In this document: positions 60,961 to 64,000 of the stretch, in pieces
Numbering within the stretch: position 1 is the first letter of the stretch
Layout: the number at the start of each line of letters is the position of its first letter
Source of the DNA: Promethearchaeota archaeon
Lineage (GTDB): Archaea; Asgardarchaeota; Lokiarchaeia; Sigyniarchaeales; SOKP01
Length of the DNA stretch: 64,000 nucleotides
NCBI GenBank assembly: GCA_048939995.1
Contig: JBHLOY010000007.1
Coordinates: 64,001 to 128,000 of the forward strand
Direction: 5' to 3'
Translations under genes and position numbers: made by a program
The notes under the pieces: model-generated
Databases searched by the model: none
Told to the model about the DNA's origin: nothing
Seen by the model: the letters and a program-made list of their open reading frames with translations, nothing else

Positions 60961-62328
60961 TTGACAATAGCATTTAAAAACAATGATGAAAAAGAGGTTG
61001 AACGGTTTGTATCTATAAATATATACTCTACTCCACACATTAATGGAATTAAAGGGGTTTATAAAAATACATCTAAAGATTTTATTGTCAAGGAAATTGA
61101 TGAAAAAGGTAATATACTTCGGCTAAAGCAAGATAATACCCGGGTCTCATTTTCAGAAGACTCGAAAGATAGATTTACGACTTTTAATCTTATCAAAATA
61201 AACAAGGAAACTTTTGAAGCGATTGAACTCATAAGTAATGCGCTAAATATACCAGTTGATATGATTTTTTATTCAGGATTAAAAGATAAATGTTCAGTAA
61301 GTGTTCAGAGACTATCGATAAAAGGAAATTATATTGATAGGTTAAGAAAGTTAAAAATCAGAGATATTTTTATAAAAAATATACATCCCTCAAGAAGATC
61401 GGTAAAACTAGGAAGTCATTGGGGTAATCACTTTATAATTGTAATTAGAAATATTGAAAATGATAATAACCCCTTAAAAAGAATCCAAAAAATCTTTAAA
61501 ATACTCCAAAATCAAGGATTTCCCAACTATTTTGGGTTGCAGAGGTTTGGTACTTTTAGACCAAACTCTCATCTTATTGGAAAATATTTATTAGAACAAA
61601 AGTATAAAGAAGCTTTTGATGAGTATGTAATCAACTCATATTCTACAGAGGTAGATTTCTCGCAAAAAATTCGTACCGAGTTACGTAAAACTGGTGATTT
61701 TGTTAAGGCTTTTAATAATTTTCCTGCTAGTTTAAACTACGAAAAGATGATGATTAAATATTTAATTGAAAATCAAGAAGATTATAAGGGAGCAATAAAC
61801 CAATTACCCATTTATTTGAAGAAATTACTAATTAGTTCTTTTCAATCTTATCTATTTAATAGAATGTTATCCTTGAGGGTTAAAAAAGGATATTCTCTAT
61901 TTAAACCTATTAAAGGGGATGTAATTTGCATTTTAGATGATGTTAATGGACATTATACCCAAATTGTTTATAAATATGGAGCAAATTATGATAAACATCT
62001 AAATGAAGCCTTGAGGTTAAATCGAGCAGCAATAGTAATCCCATTAATTGGATATGATACGAATCTAAACGATTTCCCACTAATGAACGAGTTAGTTAAA
62101 GAAATATATAGAATGGAGAATATAGATGTGGATATATTTAATAATGAACTACTAAAAGAATATGAATTTAAAGGAACTTTTCGGCCGATGATTACTAAAC
62201 CGAATAGTTTGAAACTTTTAGAATTTGCTAAAGATGAATTATTTCAAGAGAAGATGAAATTAAAATTAGAATTTTCACTCCAACGGGGATCTTATGCAAC
62301 TATGTTATTAAGGGAATTAATGAAATAA
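60961..62328 (+). CDS. truD: tRNA pseudouridine(13) synthase TruD
   Basis: DFIVKE, GLKDK, GNHF, PNYFGLQRFG, QSYLFN and GSYATMLLRE. Confidence 0.95.
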   Translation: MTIAFKNNDEKEVERFVSINIYSTPHINGIKGVYKNTSKDFIVKEIDEKGNILRLKQDNTRVSFSEDSKDRFTTFNLIKINKETFEAIELISNALNIPVDMIFYSGLKDKCSVSVQRLSIKGNYIDRLRKLKIRDIFIKNIHPSRRSVKLGSHWGNHFIIVIRNIENDNNPLKRIQKIFKILQNQGFPNYFGLQRFGTFRPNSHLIGKYLLEQKYKEAFDEYVINSYSTEVDFSQKIRTELRKTGDFVKAFNNFPASLNYEKMMIKYLIENQEDYKGAINQLPIYLKKLLISSFQSYLFNRMLSLRVKKGYSLFKPIKGDVICILDDVNGHYTQIVYKYGANYDKHLNEALRLNRAAIVIPLIGYDTNLNDFPLMNELVKEIYRMENIDVDIFNNELLKEYEFKGTFRPMITKPNSLKLLEFAKDELFQEKMKLKLEFSLQRGSYATMLLRELMK

Positions 62329-62329
62329 T

Positions 62330-63838
62330 TCACTTAATATCTAAAATATAATCTTGATTACTCTCTTGTCCAAAAATATTAATTACTTTTACTTGGATTT
62401 GATATTTCGTTGAATTTTCGTAAGAATAAGGTGTTGTAACTAAATTAATTTCCCTATTTTTTGGTGTTTTGTAGGAATACCAGTCATTTTTAAAACTATT
62501 ATCATTATGATTAAAATCTACAGCCCAATAATCAATTAAATCATGAAATGAAGTTATTTTTTCCTTAATCCTCTTAGATAGCAGTTCTAGATATGGTAAA
62601 TGATAGTTTTTCAATTTTATACTGACTTTTTTATGATCAATGGAGATGTCTATATCGAAACTAGGAGCTTGTTTTATTTTAGAGTTAGTTTTAAACTCAT
62701 TCTTCAAAAAATTTCTAGGGAGGAAATTATTAGGGTCTTCATTATTCAAATATATTAATTCAAAAGGTTGATAAGATTTATCATAATTCCTATTCCAACT
62801 AAATAGGTCATTACTTTTTGAAATGTCAAGTAATCTCTTTCTTGTAATATGAATTGCGTGATTAGCTAAATCACAACCTATCCACCGTCGACCAAGTTTT
62901 TCTGCTACTATAAGAGTTGTACCAGTTCCACAGAAAAAGTCTGCTACAAGTCCATTTTCATTTGAAGAGGATAGTATAATTCGTTTCAACAATCTTTCAG
63001 GCTTTTGAGTCGAAAAGCCTTGATATTCTGTTGTATTGGCTCTAACATAGGGAATATCATTCCACACATCTCTGGGAAAAATACCATCTTCTTTAACATA
63101 CACTTTTCGTGATAGTTTTTTCCCATCATGACTTCCGCCTCTATAATAAAATAATCCTTTCTCGTCTTTTTTCAAAGCATTCTTAACGCGATCTGAGTAT
63201 TCCATATAAATATTAGGGTCATCATTAAAGATGTAATCTTCTGATTTGGTGTAAAACAGAACCGTATCGTAAGATCTAATAAAAAATCTTCTAGTTTGCG
63301 CTGAAGCTGCTGGATATGACCATATAATTTCATTTCTAAAATTTTCATTTCCAAAGATTTCATCCAAAATTATTTTTATATAATGGCTTACGTGCCAATC
63401 TAAATGGACATAAATACTTCCACTCTCTGAGAGTAATTGTTTCATCAAGTTCAATCTAACATATAAAAAATTTAAATAGGACTCTAAACCTTCTCTCCAT
63501 GTATCTGAGTAGGCTTTAGTAGATTCATTAAAACTATTCCCACCAAAATATATTTTATAAGAAAAATTTCCTCCAGTAGCAAATGGAGGGTCAATATAGA
63601 TAAGATTAATTTTGCTAGAAAAATCTTTTAGCAAAATTCTCATAATTTGTTCATTTTCTCCGCAAATTAGAAGATTATTCCAAGTTAATCGATCATTTCT
63701 TTCCTTAAAATTATGATTATACCTATCAAGAGTAGCAGAATTATGAGACTTGATTTCTCGGAAAGAATCCTTATAATTGCTATTCAAACTCGATAAATTG
63801 ATTAATCCTTTTTTACCTTTCCATATTAAATTTGGCAT
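62330..63838 (-). CDS. N4/N6 amino DNA methyltransferase (Mod-like, beta class)
   Basis: LIYIDPPF (motif IV) precedes TQKPE.LL.RII and DFFCGTGTT (motif I). Start likely at ATG 63838 (MPNLIWKGK). Confidence 0.9.
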   Translation of the reverse strand: MPNLIWKGKKGLINLSSLNSNYKDSFREIKSHNSATLDRYNHNFKERNDRLTWNNLLICGENEQIMRILLKDFSSKINLIYIDPPFATGGNFSYKIYFGGNSFNESTKAYSDTWREGLESYLNFLYVRLNLMKQLLSESGSIYVHLDWHVSHYIKIILDEIFGNENFRNEIIWSYPAASAQTRRFFIRSYDTVLFYTKSEDYIFNDDPNIYMEYSDRVKNALKKDEKGLFYYRGGSHDGKKLSRKVYVKEDGIFPRDVWNDIPYVRANTTEYQGFSTQKPERLLKRIILSSSNENGLVADFFCGTGTTLIVAEKLGRRWIGCDLANHAIHITRKRLLDISKSNDLFSWNRNYDKSYQPFELIYLNNEDPNNFLPRNFLKNEFKTNSKIKQAPSFDIDISIDHKKVSIKLKNYHLPYLELLSKRIKEKITSFHDLIDYWAVDFNHNDNSFKNDWYSYKTPKNREINLVTTPYSYENSTKYQIQVKVINIFGQESNQDYILDIK

Positions 63839-63926
63839 AGTTAATCCCTTATAAGATAACAAAAAATTTATTATTAATTTCCTTTACAAATTTAATTTAG
63901 ATTATAATTATGTAAAAATAGAAGAA

Positions 63927-64000
63927 ATGACATTGGATGAATTAGGAGATTGGAGGAAAACCCATTATACTAAGGATATTACTCCAAAACTAGCAGATAA
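63927..64000 (+). CDS. aspS: Probable aspartate--tRNA ligase N-terminus (partial)
   Basis: MTLDELGDWRKTHYTKDITPKLAD resembles the archaeal AspRS start (R/K)THY..xITP; only 24 codons are visible. Confidence 0.55.
   Translation, partial: MTLDELGDWRKTHYTKDITPKLAD

Overview
AT-rich, gene-dense chromosomal window from an Asgard archaeon, most likely Lokiarchaeia/Promethearchaeia. The assignment rests on a Loki-type profilin, four unprenylated Rab/Ras-like small GTPases, several longin-like and V4R proteins, and archaeal TBP, thermosome, CDC48, eL38, eL40, a PSTK-like kinase and tetraether synthase. I found no tRNA, rRNA, CRISPR array or transposase. Main candidates: (1) a 459-aa protein made of 11 gap-free 35-aa repeats whose period and motif order resemble nebulin actin-binding repeats, with a 3-unit super-repeat (11329-12708); (2) an unannotated ~125-nt GC-rich structured RNA candidate on the + strand (14540-14666); (3) two separate V4R (Bet3/TRAPP-fold) plus small-GTPase gene pairs, one with a thioredoxin gene between them and lying next to TBP; (4) two genes that appear to need an ATT start codon. 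Genes missed or truncated by the ORF track: the uvrC 3' end, eL40, the aspS 5' end, and the N-termini of an alpha/beta hydrolase and a longin-like protein. All family calls come from motif recognition by eye; no database searches were run.
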